A stretch of 64,000 bases of DNA from Lachnospiraceae bacterium (GTDB lineage Bacteria > Bacteroidota > Bacteroidia > Bacteroidales > Bacteroidaceae): positions 8,091-72,090 of the forward strand of contig CAVAGT010000002.1 in NCBI GenBank assembly GCA_963588155.1, written 5' to 3'. The notes under the pieces were generated by a model. That model was given only the letters and a program-made list of their open reading frames with translations, was not told where the DNA came from and ran no database searches. Numbering within the stretch: position 1 is the stretch's first letter; each line of letters begins with the position of its first letter. The translations under genes and the position numbers were made by a program. Of this stretch, positions 46,658 through 57,201 are shown piece by piece.

Positions 46658-48208
46658 TTAGTAGTTGTTCTGTTGAAGATTTGGATCGGCTGATATTTCA
46701 CTTTGTGGTATGGGAAGATATTTCTTGTTTTCTGTCCATGAAGCCGTGCGGTTGCCTTCCTCGTCGGGTACGAGTGTCGTGGCGGCCTTGCCTGTGCGCA
46801 CGAGGTCCCAATAGCGTTTTCCCTCGCCAAGGAACTCCATGTGGCGCTCGTTGGCCACGGCATCAAGACTGACGCTCGTCAGGTTGGCGATGCCGGCGCG
46901 CTGGCGCAGCATGTTGACATACTTCATGGCGGTGGCGTTGTTGCCATTGGTGCGCAGCAGCAGCTCGGCGGCGTTGAGCAACGTCTCGGCATAGCGATAC
47001 ACTCGCAGGTTGTTGTTGAAGTTGAGGTCAGCGTCCCAGCCAGCGTCTTTCACGTTGTCGACCAATGGCAAGTACTTGCCCTGGAAGAGGCCCGTGTTCA
47101 TGTAACCAGCCGTATAGGTGATACCGTTTTCCGCGGCAACCTTGTCGGCGTCGAAGATGGACACGTCGCGGCGCACGTCTTGACCTGAGTACATGTCGTA
47201 AATGGAATGGCGCACGGGGCCGAAGCTCCAACCGTTGTCCACGCCTGCCACGCCAGATGTCCAGCCACGCGGACCAAGGAGACGCGGCAACACCGTGCCG
47301 CCCACGGCGAGAGGCGAGCTCCAGCCACGTTGGTGGTTGTTGTCGTCGTAGTTGACCTCGAAGATGCTCTCCGAGCACCACTCGCCACCCTCTGCCCACA
47401 GGGCCTTGAAGTCGGGGTTGAGCGCGTATTGTCCACTCTGGATAATCTCGTTCATGTATTCCAACGCCTTGGAATAGCGGCTCTCGTCGTTTTGGTACAT
47501 CACCAGCTCGGCATAAACCATGTAGGCGAAAGCCTTGGTCACGCGTCCCTCGTTGCCGGTGGAAGCCTTCATAGGCAGCACTGAGCCATATTTGGAGATC
47601 ACCTCCTCAAGGTCTGTGATGATGTTGCTGTATACGTCGTCGGCCTTGAGTTGCGGAGCCTTGTAGTCGCCACTGAGGTTCTGTGTGTAGTAAGGTATGT
47701 TGCCCCAGAACTTCCACAGTATCATGTAGTAGTAGTCGCGCAGCACGCGCGCCTGCGCCGTGTATGAGTCGGCATGCTCCTGCGTGAGGTTCGTGCCTTG
47801 CGTGGCGAGGGCCTTGTCCACATAGCTGATGAGGTCGTTGCATCGCTTCACGCCGCTATACTCATCTACCCACAACGATGCCAGCGTATTCTCTGACGTG
47901 GCCTTGTAGTTGAACATCAACTGCCAATTCAGCATGTCGCTCGCGCTTCCGCCACCAGGATAGCAGTCGTCGCTCATGATGTCGCTGCAAAAGGTTATCG
48001 GCGCATAGTTGCCGTTGCCCCAGTCTGCCCAGTGGAGAGGGTCATAAGAAGCCGTCAACGCCTCTTGTATATGCTCGTCGGTGGTATAGTATTCGTTGAC
48101 ATCATCTGAGGTCGGCGACTCCACTTCAAGAAAGCTCTCGCCACATCCCGTGAGTCCGACAGCGGCCAGACTCATGATGCCAAGAATGAATATATTTGAT
48201 TTCTTCAT
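46658..48208 (-). CDS. SusD/RagB family glycan-binding lipoprotein
   Basis: Lipobox LTGC, WGNIPY, ESIFEV, YRYAETLLNAAE, ERHMEFLGEGKRYWDLVR. Confidence 0.94.
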   Translation of the reverse strand: MKKSNIFILGIMSLAAVGLTGCGESFLEVESPTSDDVNEYYTTDEHIQEALTASYDPLHWADWGNGNYAPITFCSDIMSDDCYPGGGSASDMLNWQLMFNYKATSENTLASLWVDEYSGVKRCNDLISYVDKALATQGTNLTQEHADSYTAQARVLRDYYYMILWKFWGNIPYYTQNLSGDYKAPQLKADDVYSNIITDLEEVISKYGSVLPMKASTGNEGRVTKAFAYMVYAELVMYQNDESRYSKALEYMNEIIQSGQYALNPDFKALWAEGGEWCSESIFEVNYDDNNHQRGWSSPLAVGGTVLPRLLGPRGWTSGVAGVDNGWSFGPVRHSIYDMYSGQDVRRDVSIFDADKVAAENGITYTAGYMNTGLFQGKYLPLVDNVKDAGWDADLNFNNNLRVYRYAETLLNAAELLLRTNGNNATAMKYVNMLRQRAGIANLTSVSLDAVANERHMEFLGEGKRYWDLVRTGKAATTLVPDEEGNRTASWTENKKYLPIPQSEISADPNLQQNNY

Positions 48209-48240
48209 AATATTTTAGAGTTAGATTAGGAAGTGAGATG

Positions 48241-51200
48241 TTAAAGTGTGATGTTGAATCCTACTGTCCATGTGCGGGCTTGCGGATAGACACCATAGTC
48301 CACGCCAAGCGAAGTGCCGCCAGAGGCAATCTCTGGGTCGAAGCCATGATACTTGGTGAACGTGAACACGTTCTCGGCGCTGACATAGAAGCGCAGGCGC
48401 TCCACCATGAGCTTCATGGTGAGGTTCTTCGGGAGAGTGTAGCCCAAGGTGATGTTCTTCAAGCGGAAATATGAGCCGTCGAAGATGTAGAGGTCGCTCG
48501 ACTGCCAGTTGTTGGCGTCACCGTTGTAGAGGCGAGGAATCTTGTTGGAGGTGCCTGGGCCTGTCCAGCGTTCGAGCATCCATGAAGGATAGTTGCCGGA
48601 AGCGATGTCGGTGCGGTGTGTAGCGTCGAACACGTCGACACCAGCCACGCCCTGCCAGAACATGTTGAAGTCGAAGCCTTTCCATGAGGCGTTGAAGTTG
48701 ATGCCATAGGTCCACTTCGGCGTTCCGTTGCCAATGTCGGTACGGTCGTTGTTGTCGATCTGTCCGTCGCCATTGACGTCCACGAAGCGCACGTCACCGG
48801 GCTGCGCGTTTGGCTGGATGGGCTTGCCTTCTGAGTTGACGTAGCTGTTGACCTCATCCAATGTCTGGAAGATGCCGGCTGTCTTGTAACCATAGAAGAA
48901 GGGGAAAGGATGACCGTTCTCCGCACGGGTTATCGTGCCAATGCCCTGGAAGGAGTCGAGGTCGGCGTAGCCAGTGTCGTTGCCATATTCCAGAAGCTTG
49001 TTGCTCAAGTAGGAGGCGTTGCCCTTGACTGAGAAGTTGGCGTCGGCTACGTGCCATTTGTAACCAAGTTCAAACTCGACGCCGCGGTTGCGCATGTCGC
49101 CCACGTTGCCGATAGGCTTCGACTCGCCCACATATGAAGGAATGTTCATGGTCATCAGCATGCCGTTGGTGCGCTTGTTGAAATAGTCGACCGTGAAAGT
49201 GAGTGCTGAATGGAAGAACGCGAAGTCGAGACCAATGTCGGTTTGCTCGCTCTCCTCCCATTTCAGGTCGGGGTTGGCAAGGCCGCTTGCCTTGGAGCCA
49301 AGCGTGAGGTTGACAGGATTGCCGAAATAATAGTTGTTGCCCGACGCGGTGTTGACCGTGTAGCGGAAGTTACCGATGTTGTCGTTACCGTTCTTACCCC
49401 AAGAGAAACGAGCCTTGAGGATGTTAAGCCATTGAGGCATCTTGAGATATGGCTCGTTGGCAATGTTCCAACCCAACGACACGGATGGGAACGTACCGAA
49501 CTTATGGTTCGATCCGAAGCGGCTGGAACCGTCGCGGCGAAGGGTGACCTGAGCCATGTAGCGCTCCTGGTAGTTGTAAGACAGGCGCGCGAAGAGCGAA
49601 GTCATCTTGTAAGGATCGTAGGGGTAAGCGTTCACAGAGTGGTCTACCACGGCACCGTTAACCGTGCCGTCATCGGCGTAGGTCAGGCGATAGTTGCCAT
49701 TGGAATAAGCAATGGATGGCTTGTTGGAATTGACAAGGTATTTCTTGGAACCGTCAATCTGATAGCCACTGTAAGACAACGCGCTCTGGCCGAGCACCAC
49801 GTTGAAATGGTGGTCGCCGAAGGTCTTGTCGTAGGTCAGCGTGTTCTCCACCTGCCATGTGGTGTTACGGCAGTTGTTCACAGCTGCGCTGGTATACTGC
49901 GAGTTGTTGTTGGCAGAGTTGTAGTAAGTCTGCACCGTTGCCGTCTCCGATCCCCAGAAGGCCATGTCTGCCATGTATGAGAAGCGGTACTTGAGGTTGT
50001 CTATCACGCCAAGCTCGGCAGAGAAATTGCCAGTGAAGTGGTGGCTCCAACTTGGCTGCGAAGGCTCGAGGAGCAGGCCAAGCGGGTTGTTCATCTCGTT
50101 GTAAGCCGTGCCAGGAATCATCACGACGTTGCCGTTCTTGTCCTTCACGTCATCGTATGGAGTGAGCACGCCCTTGGGGTCTTTCGAATAATCGGTATAA
50201 GTATAGCGGTTGTGCTGCGCCGTGGCGGCATCGCCCGTGACGAAAGGCGGGAGGATTGGCGACAAGGCGAGTGCCGAACCAAGCACGGAACCCCATGTGG
50301 AGTTGGCGTCAATGCTTGTGCTCTTGATGCGAGCATAAGAAAGGTTGACGCTGAAGTCGAGCTTGTTGAGGAAGTTGCGTTCCTTAGTGGCATCGATGAC
50401 GTTCATGTTGGTGTTTGAGCGCAAAGTCAGACGGTTATAATTTGACTTGCCATAGTTTCCGCCAACGATACCTTCCTGGTCGTAGTAGCCCATTGAGAGG
50501 TAATACTTCACGCGGTCGTTTCCGCCATTGACGGAGACATCGTGCTTCTGCACCGGCGCGTTGTCGTTGAACACGAGGTCTTGCCAGTCGGTGCCAGTGG
50601 TTACGGCGTTGCCGTTGATGTCTGTCAGATGGTATGGGTCAGCGTAAAGAGGTGCCTGGCCGGAGTTGACATACTGCTCGTTTTGCAGTATGGCGTAGTC
50701 GGTGGCGTTGAGCACGTCGCGCTTGCGCCATTTCGACTGCCAACCATAAGAGAAGTCGTAGTTGATTTGCGCCTTGCCGCTCTTGCCTTGCTTGGTGGTG
50801 ACGAGCACCACGCCATTGGCGGCACGCGCTCCGTAGATGGCGCCCGAGGCAGCATCTTTAAGCACCTCTATGCTCTCAATGTCGTTGGGGTTGAGAGCGT
50901 CGATACCCGACGAGCCTTCATAAGGGATGCCGTCGATGATATAAAGCGGGTCGGAGTTGTTGATGGTACCCGTACCACGCACGCGAATGCGTGCCGCAGC
51001 GCCGGGCTGGCCTGAGTTTGACGTTACGTTGACACCGGCGGCGAGACCTTTCAAGGCGTTGTCAACACGCACGGGAGCCGCACTTGCCAAGTCAGACGCG
51101 TCAACCTTGGCAATGGAAGCCGTGACCACGCTCTTCTTCTGCACGCCATAACCTATGACCACAATCTCGGAGAGGCTCTTCTGGTCTTCAAGAAGCGTGA

Positions 51201-51468
51201 CGTGCATGTCGGACGTGCCTTTCTTTTCCTGCGTCACATATCCTATATAGGAGAAGACGAGTGTAGAACCAGGCTGTCCCTTGAAAGAGAAATTGCCGTC
51301 AAGGTCTGTGACAGTGCCACGTGAACTGCCTTTCTCCATGACGGAAGCGCCAACGATTGGCTCACCAGACTGGTCCATGACCGTGCCCTTGAACATCGCG
51401 TCCTGAGCCCACGTCACAACAGTACACAGCAGAGCCACCAATAGGGTAATTAGTCTTGCTTGTTTCAT
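48241..51468 (-). CDS. SusC family TonB-dependent transporter
   Basis: DIESIEVLKDAASGAIYGARAANGVVLVTTK, LKWEES, YPQAR. Confidence 0.95.
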   Translation of the reverse strand: MKQARLITLLVALLCTVVTWAQDAMFKGTVMDQSGEPIVGASVMEKGSSRGTVTDLDGNFSFKGQPGSTLVFSYIGYVTQEKKGTSDMHVTLLEDQKSLSEIVVIGYGVQKKSVVTASIAKVDASDLASAAPVRVDNALKGLAAGVNVTSNSGQPGAAARIRVRGTGTINNSDPLYIIDGIPYEGSSGIDALNPNDIESIEVLKDAASGAIYGARAANGVVLVTTKQGKSGKAQINYDFSYGWQSKWRKRDVLNATDYAILQNEQYVNSGQAPLYADPYHLTDINGNAVTTGTDWQDLVFNDNAPVQKHDVSVNGGNDRVKYYLSMGYYDQEGIVGGNYGKSNYNRLTLRSNTNMNVIDATKERNFLNKLDFSVNLSYARIKSTSIDANSTWGSVLGSALALSPILPPFVTGDAATAQHNRYTYTDYSKDPKGVLTPYDDVKDKNGNVVMIPGTAYNEMNNPLGLLLEPSQPSWSHHFTGNFSAELGVIDNLKYRFSYMADMAFWGSETATVQTYYNSANNNSQYTSAAVNNCRNTTWQVENTLTYDKTFGDHHFNVVLGQSALSYSGYQIDGSKKYLVNSNKPSIAYSNGNYRLTYADDGTVNGAVVDHSVNAYPYDPYKMTSLFARLSYNYQERYMAQVTLRRDGSSRFGSNHKFGTFPSVSLGWNIANEPYLKMPQWLNILKARFSWGKNGNDNIGNFRYTVNTASGNNYYFGNPVNLTLGSKASGLANPDLKWEESEQTDIGLDFAFFHSALTFTVDYFNKRTNGMLMTMNIPSYVGESKPIGNVGDMRNRGVEFELGYKWHVADANFSVKGNASYLSNKLLEYGNDTGYADLDSFQGIGTITRAENGHPFPFFYGYKTAGIFQTLDEVNSYVNSEGKPIQPNAQPGDVRFVDVNGDGQIDNNDRTDIGNGTPKWTYGINFNASWKGFDFNMFWQGVAGVDVFDATHRTDIASGNYPSWMLERWTGPGTSNKIPRLYNGDANNWQSSDLYIFDGSYFRLKNITLGYTLPKNLTMKLMVERLRFYVSAENVFTFTKYHGFDPEIASGGTSLGVDYGVYPQARTWTVGFNITL

Positions 51469-51509
51469 GTGAGTTTAAAATTTAGTTTTGGTTTTCATGG
51501 TTTCTGTTG

Positions 51510-51517
51510 CAAAGATA
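51510..51517 (-). promoter_or_regulatory. -7 promoter element (TATCTTTG) of the beta-glucan PUL
   Basis: CAAAGATA on the plus strand, about 40 nt upstream of the susC ATG; no clear -33 TTTG. Confidence 0.65.
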
Positions 51518-51576
51518 GTAAAAAACAACACACGAATTGAAGACATGTTCTTAAAAAGTGGATTACCGAACCATTT

Positions 51577-51621
51577 AAAAAAGCGTAAGCCGTTGATTTT
51601 CAAAATCAACGGCTTACGCTT
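51577..51621 (-). terminator. terminator after S41 protease (perfect 41-bp palindrome)
   Basis: AAGCGTAAGCCGTTGATTTT-C-AAAATCAACGGCTTACGCTT, followed by a T run on the minus strand. Confidence 0.8.
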
Positions 51622-51676
51622 ATCATTATTAAAAGTAGACGAAATTAAACTGTTTTATCTTGTCGGAGACTCCTTG

Positions 51677-53266
51677 TCAAGGTTTATTTATCACCTCCAA
51701 CGCCTTTCTCACGATGTCGCTCTGCTGGTTCATGACCTGGAAATATTGGCTCATGTCCCAAATGTCGCGGGCGATGAGCGCCTTAAGCTGGGCACGCAGG
51801 TAAACGAGGGTTCGATCAAGCTCTGCCTTGTCTTTGGGTTCTATCTTCTGCTTCTTTCCATCGCTGATGATGCTGTCGACAAGTTGTTGCGGAACCTCGT
51901 ACTGCTCGAGATAGGCGCTGAACTGTGGGTATTTTGCCTTGAGCTGCTTGCGATGCGAGTCCATGTATTTAAGGTCGTTGTCCAACACTATTCCCTTTGC
52001 CATCAACTTGCGGTGAAAGCTGGTATACCTCGTGGTGTCGAGAGGCACGAAATAGTCGGGCATGACACCGCCTCCGCCATACACCACGCGATGCTTGCGA
52101 ATGGTATAGTGCTTCAACGAGTCGGCAAAATGGATGCTGTCGGCGGAGTAAAGCTCTCCGTGTTTGTAGCGTGTGTCAAGCTCCATCTCATAGTCCTTGC
52201 GGTCGCCTTTCACGTAGGGCTTCTGTATGCAACGGCCAGACGGAGTGTAATAATGCGCTATGGTGAGCCTCATCATGGAACCATCGGGGAATTCCACGGG
52301 GCGCTGCACCAATCCCTTTCCAAAGGAACGCCTTCCCACGACCGTGCCACGGTCTTGGTCTTGCAAGGCTCCCGTGACAATCTCGGCGGCAGAGGCCGAG
52401 AACTCGTTTATCAAGACCACCACCTTACCGTCTACAAGCTTGCCGTCGCCCTTCGCCACGTATTCGGACCTTGGCACTTGGCGGCCTTGGGTATAGACAA
52501 TGAGGTCGCCTTTCCGCAAAAATTCATTGGCGATGCTCACGGCTGCCTGCAAATATCCGCCACCGTTGTCTTGCAAGTCGAGAACGAGGTTCCTCATTCC
52601 CTTGCCTTTGAGGTCTTCGACGGCGGTCATGAACTCATCGTAGGTCGTTGCGCCAAAACTTCCTATACGTATATATCCCGTGGAAGGACCAGCCATATAC
52701 CATCCGTCGATAGTCTTCACCGGAATCTTGTCGCGAACCACGGTGAAATGGAGCTTTTCTGCTATTCCGCGCCTTGCTATGGTGAGTTTGACCTTAGTTC
52801 CCTTGGGGCCTCTCAGCCTTCTCATTATCTCCTCGCGGCTCATTTTCACGCCTGCTATGGCCGTGTCGTTCACTTCTATGATGCGGTCGCCCGACATTAT
52901 GCCAACCTTCTCGGAAGGGCCTTTCGCCACGGGTTGTATCACGAGCAGCGTGTCTTCCTGCATGTTGAACTGTATGCCCACACCCTCGAAAGAGCCGTTT
53001 AGCGACTCGTTCATTGCCTTCGTCTCCTTGGCGGTGGTATACGATGAATGAGGGTCGAGCTTCTCAAGCATTCCGCGAATGCCGTCCTCCACAAGCTTGT
53101 TTTGGTCAACGGAGTCGACATAGAAACTGTTTATGGCTATTTCCGCAATCTGCAACTTGCGCAGAGGCGAGTCCTTGCCAAAGTCTAATTTCAACTGCGC
53201 TTGTGCCGGTAACGCAAAGAAAAGGGTCAACAGCAAAAGGGACAGGAAAACCTTGATGTGTTTCAT
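51677..53266 (-). CDS. S41 family C-terminal processing peptidase
   Basis: LDPHS, PDZ domain, LDLQDNGGGYL, SASAAEI, SFGKGLVQ, YYTPSGR. ATG at 53266 preferred over TTG at 53284. Confidence 0.93.
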   Translation of the reverse strand: MKHIKVFLSLLLLTLFFALPAQAQLKLDFGKDSPLRKLQIAEIAINSFYVDSVDQNKLVEDGIRGMLEKLDPHSSYTTAKETKAMNESLNGSFEGVGIQFNMQEDTLLVIQPVAKGPSEKVGIMSGDRIIEVNDTAIAGVKMSREEIMRRLRGPKGTKVKLTIARRGIAEKLHFTVVRDKIPVKTIDGWYMAGPSTGYIRIGSFGATTYDEFMTAVEDLKGKGMRNLVLDLQDNGGGYLQAAVSIANEFLRKGDLIVYTQGRQVPRSEYVAKGDGKLVDGKVVVLINEFSASAAEIVTGALQDQDRGTVVGRRSFGKGLVQRPVEFPDGSMMRLTIAHYYTPSGRCIQKPYVKGDRKDYEMELDTRYKHGELYSADSIHFADSLKHYTIRKHRVVYGGGGVMPDYFVPLDTTRYTSFHRKLMAKGIVLDNDLKYMDSHRKQLKAKYPQFSAYLEQYEVPQQLVDSIISDGKKQKIEPKDKAELDRTLVYLRAQLKALIARDIWDMSQYFQVMNQQSDIVRKALEVINKP

Positions 53267-53290
53267 CTTGATAGTGTGTTTCAAAAAGCG

Positions 53291-55258
53291 TCAGTCAATC
53301 AAATCGGTGTCTTGCGGCAAGTCTTCCTCAATGACAAGATTGTCGATGATGAAGTTTTGCCTCTCCATCGTGTTCTTGCCCATATAGTATTCGAGCAGCT
53401 TTTGCACCTGGTCGTTCTTGTGGAGCGTCACTTGCTCGAGACGCATGTCGGGACCGATGAAATGGACGAATTCGTCGGGTGAGATCTCGCCAAGGCCCTT
53501 GAATCGGGTAATCTCCGGGTCTGGTCCAAGGTCGCGTATGGCGTTGAGCCTTTCCTCCTCGCTATAGCAATAGCGAGTGATAAAGTCGCCCTTTCTCTCG
53601 TTCTCTGCCAAGCGCGCGTCGGCATTGGCAATGACCGTCTTGCTCTTTATCTTGGTGCGGCGGTTGCGCACGCGGAAGAGAGGTGTCTGGAGCACGTAGA
53701 CGTGGCCTTTCTTGATTAGCTCCGGATAGAACTGCAGGAAGAAGGTGATGAGCAACAAGCGAATGTGCATGCCATCGACATCGGCATCGGTCGCCACGAT
53801 GACCTTGTTGTAGCGCAGGTTGTCGAGACCGTCCTCTATATCGAGAGCAGCCTGCAAGAGGTTGAACTCCTCGTTCTCGTAGACCACCTTCTTGGTCAGG
53901 CCAAACGAGTTGAGAGGCTTTCCGCGCAGCGAGAACACGGCTTGCGTGTTTACGTCGCGGCTCTTGGTGATGCTTCCGCTCGCCGAGTCGCCCTCGGTTA
54001 TGAAGATGCTCGACTCCTCTTTCCTATCGTCCTTGGCGTCGCTGTAATGAACCCTGCAATCGCGCAGCTTGCGGTTGTGGAGATTAGCCTTCTTGGCACG
54101 CTCACGCGCCAGCTTGGTAACGCCAGCCATGGCCTTGCGTTCGTGCTCGCTTTCCTTTATCTTGCTTTCCAGCACGTCGGCGACATCCTCCTTGTGGATG
54201 TGGAGATAGTTGTCGACCTCACGTTTCACGAAGTCGCCAACATACTTGTTTATGGTCTCGCCGCCCGGTTCCATGAGCGTGGAGCCAAGCTTGATCTTCG
54301 TCTGCGACTCAAACACCGGCTCTTCCACGTTGATGGCTACAGCCGCCACTATGCCGTTGCGAATGTCGGTATACTCATAGTTCTTGTCGTAGTATTCCTT
54401 GATGGTTTTGGCTATATGCTCCTTGAACGCGCTTTGGTGGGTGCCGCCCTGCGTGGTGTGTTGGCCATTGACAAAACTATGATACTCCTCTCCATACTGG
54501 TTGGTATGGGTAAAGGCTATCTCTATGTCCTCGCCCTTGAGGTGGATGATGGGATAAAGCGAGTCTGTGGTCATGGTGTCTACCAGCAAGTCCTCAAGAC
54601 CATTGCGGCTCTTGATGCGCCTGCCATTATACATTATGGTAAGCCCACTGTTGAGATAGGTGTAGTTGCGGAGCATAGTCTCCACGAATTCGTCGTGGAA
54701 AGAGTAGTTCTTGAAAAGCGTGTTGTCGGGCTCGAAGAAGATATACGTGCCGTTCTCCTCGTTGGACGGTTCCGTCTTGTCGCTCTTGAGCTTGCCTTTC
54801 TCAAACACGAGGGCACGCACGTTGCCTTCACGATAGCTCCTTACCTCGAAACGCGAGCTGAGGGCGTTGACGGCCTTCACGCCGACACCGTTCAGCCCTA
54901 CGCTCTTCTTGAACGCCTTGGTGTCGTATTTTCCGCCAGTGTTCAGCATCGACACCGCCTCCACAAGCTTGCCTTGCGGGATGCCACGGCCATAGTCGCG
55001 AACAGACACGCGGAGATTGTCGTCTATGTCTACCTCGATGCGGTCGCCGGCATTCATCTTGAACTCGTCTATTGAGTTGTCGACAACCTCCTTGAGCAAC
55101 ACGTAGACGCCGTCCTCTGGCAAGTTGCCATCACCCAATCGGCCGATGTACATTCCCGGGCGCGTGCGAACGTGCTCCATGTCTGACAAGTGGCGGATAT
55201 TGTCATCGGTATACGATGGCGTGTCTGGTGATGCTGGAATGATATTTTCGTCTGCCAT
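53291..55258 (-). CDS. parE: DNA topoisomerase IV subunit B
   Basis: [53 protein letters not shown]. Confidence 0.93.
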   Translation of the reverse strand: MADENIIPASPDTPSYTDDNIRHLSDMEHVRTRPGMYIGRLGDGNLPEDGVYVLLKEVVDNSIDEFKMNAGDRIEVDIDDNLRVSVRDYGRGIPQGKLVEAVSMLNTGGKYDTKAFKKSVGLNGVGVKAVNALSSRFEVRSYREGNVRALVFEKGKLKSDKTEPSNEENGTYIFFEPDNTLFKNYSFHDEFVETMLRNYTYLNSGLTIMYNGRRIKSRNGLEDLLVDTMTTDSLYPIIHLKGEDIEIAFTHTNQYGEEYHSFVNGQHTTQGGTHQSAFKEHIAKTIKEYYDKNYEYTDIRNGIVAAVAINVEEPVFESQTKIKLGSTLMEPGGETINKYVGDFVKREVDNYLHIHKEDVADVLESKIKESEHERKAMAGVTKLARERAKKANLHNRKLRDCRVHYSDAKDDRKEESSIFITEGDSASGSITKSRDVNTQAVFSLRGKPLNSFGLTKKVVYENEEFNLLQAALDIEDGLDNLRYNKVIVATDADVDGMHIRLLLITFFLQFYPELIKKGHVYVLQTPLFRVRNRRTKIKSKTVIANADARLAENERKGDFITRYCYSEEERLNAIRDLGPDPEITRFKGLGEISPDEFVHFIGPDMRLEQVTLHKNDQVQKLLEYYMGKNTMERQNFIIDNLVIEEDLPQDTDLID

Positions 55259-55304
55259 TCTGTATAATCTATATTATGTAAATGTGGTTCAGCTCCCAAA
55301 TTTT

Positions 55305-55410
55305 ACAGGCTTTGGCTTTCCACTGAAAAGCAGTCGGCATTACAGTGGAAAGCCCGCGATATTGGTGAAAAGCCGGCGCCATTTCTGTGGAAAGCCGAAA
55401 CCGTGGTTTT
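55305..55410. repeat. intergenic 4x22-bp palindromic tandem module, copy C (degenerate)
   Basis: Units start at 55313, 55335, 55357 (20 nt) and 55377; GGCTTTCCAC/GTGGAAAGCC inverted ends. Confidence 0.75.
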
Positions 55411-56555
55411 CAGCCAATGTTTTTCCTGTAGCAACGCCTTCTCTTGTGGTTGATGTGCTCAAGGTTGCCCCATTGACTTTGCACGTTGCCGTTGGTCTCC
55501 ATCTCCACGTTGGTCTCACCCCACTTGAAGCCATAGCTGATATAGCGCGGTATAAGGTCGGCGAAGAGCAGCGCGTTGGCCCCCTTGCTGCGGTATTCGG
55601 GCAGGAAGCCTATGAGCAACAGGTCCACGCCTTCGGTCTTGTGCCATTTCAACGCTCTCAGCACGTGCCACCAGCCAAACGGGAACAGCCTTCCACGGCG
55701 GCACTTCTGCATGGCGCGTGCCATCGACGGCATGGTAATGCCCACGCCGATAAGCTTGTCGTCCTTGTTGCCATCCACCACTAGGGTGACAAGGTTGAGG
55801 TCGAGCATCGGCATGTACGACTTCACGTAGTCGTCAATCTGGCGCTTGGTGAGCTCCACGTAGCCATAGAGATCCTTGTAGGTTTCATTGATGAGGTTGA
55901 AGATGTCGTAGACAATAGTGCCATTCTTCACGTCTTTCTTCGTGACCTTCTTCACGTGAAGGTTGTAGCGCTTCTCTATCATGGCCGAGAGTTTAGCAAA
56001 CTTCTCCGGAGTCTCTGATGGCATGGGAAGGTAATACTCCACGTAGTCGTTGTCCTTGACCCATCCGCCGAGCTTCTCCATGTGCTCAGGATAATAGGGA
56101 TAATTGTAGATCGTTGGCATCGTGCTGAGCTTGTCGAAGCCCATGATGAGCATTCCCTCGGGGTCAAGGTCGGTGAAGCCGAGCGGACCCACCATGGAAG
56201 TCATGCCCTTGCTCTTGCCCCAGGCTTCCACAGCATCGAAGAGTGCCTTCGACACCTCTATGTCGTCAACGAAATCTATCCATCCAAAACGCACGTCTTT
56301 CCTGCCGAACTTCTCATTGGCGCGCTTGTTGATGATGGCAGCCACGCGTCCCACGATTTTGCCATCCTTATAAGCCATGAAATACTCCGCCTCGCAGAAG
56401 TCAAAAGCCACGTTCTTGTCACGGCTGAGAGTGTTCATGTCATCAAAAAACAAAGTCGGGGCATCGTAGGCGTTGCCCTTGTAAAGGTCATAGTGGAAAT
56501 CTATGAATTTGGCAAGACCCTTCTTTGTCTCAACCCTTTTAATCTCTATCGACAT
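55410..56555 (-). CDS. GNAT-fold N-acetyltransferase (tandem-domain Bacteroidetes family)
   Basis: GKIVGRVAAI, FGWIDF, YNYPYY, PEYRSKGAN, METN. Promoter TTTG-N19-TACTTTTG at 56639-56609. Confidence 0.8.
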   Translation of the reverse strand: MSIEIKRVETKKGLAKFIDFHYDLYKGNAYDAPTLFFDDMNTLSRDKNVAFDFCEAEYFMAYKDGKIVGRVAAIINKRANEKFGRKDVRFGWIDFVDDIEVSKALFDAVEAWGKSKGMTSMVGPLGFTDLDPEGMLIMGFDKLSTMPTIYNYPYYPEHMEKLGGWVKDNDYVEYYLPMPSETPEKFAKLSAMIEKRYNLHVKKVTKKDVKNGTIVYDIFNLINETYKDLYGYVELTKRQIDDYVKSYMPMLDLNLVTLVVDGNKDDKLIGVGITMPSMARAMQKCRRGRLFPFGWWHVLRALKWHKTEGVDLLLIGFLPEYRSKGANALLFADLIPRYISYGFKWGETNVEMETNGNVQSQWGNLEHINHKRRRCYRKNIG

Positions 56556-56691
56556 CTGGTATAATTATTATCTAATGCTAATATGTTGAAGTCTAAACAT
56601 TTAATGGACAAAAGTAATCAAAAACAAGGAAAAGACAAAGTGGATTTGCATTTTTAAGACAAAAAAAAACGCCTTGGCCAACTTCGCACAA

Positions 56692-57201
56692 CTATTTTGC
56701 CTCAAAATCGTTAATCCTTACAAACTTTTCCTTTATGGTCTTCCTTCCCCGGAAGATGTTTATTTTCACTTGCTCCTCGGTCATGTCGAGCAGCCTCGCT
56801 ATCTCCTTGTATGACATCCCCTCGAAGTCGCGCAGCTGTATGCACGACTTTTGCTTCTCGGGCAGCGAGTCGACAATATGGCGCACCATCGCCATTTGGT
56901 CACTGACAACGGTTCGCTGCGACGGAGTGTAGGAAGTGTCGGGGCGCTCGTTTTGGGCAACGTCGAGACTCTCGTTGCGTGAGCTCACGCTCCTGACGTA
57001 ATCGAGAGCCTTGTTGCGGCAAATGGTAAAACAGAAAGCCTCAATGTTGTCGATGTCGGTCCACGACTCACGGCGATCCCATACCTTTATCAGCGTTTCC
57101 TGCACAATATCCTCAGCCTCGGCACTGTCGAGCGTGATGCGCAGCGCCAAGCGATAAAGCTGGTTTTTCAGCGGGAGGATATCATTCTGGAAACTTATCA
57201 T
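56692..57201 (-). CDS. ECF-type RNA polymerase sigma-70 factor
   Basis: AEDIVQETLIKVW, RNKALD, LPEKQ...EGMSYKEIA; 169 aa. Confidence 0.93.
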   Translation of the reverse strand: MISFQNDILPLKNQLYRLALRITLDSAEAEDIVQETLIKVWDRRESWTDIDNIEAFCFTICRNKALDYVRSVSSRNESLDVAQNERPDTSYTPSQRTVVSDQMAMVRHIVDSLPEKQKSCIQLRDFEGMSYKEIARLLDMTEEQVKINIFRGRKTIKEKFVRINDFEAK

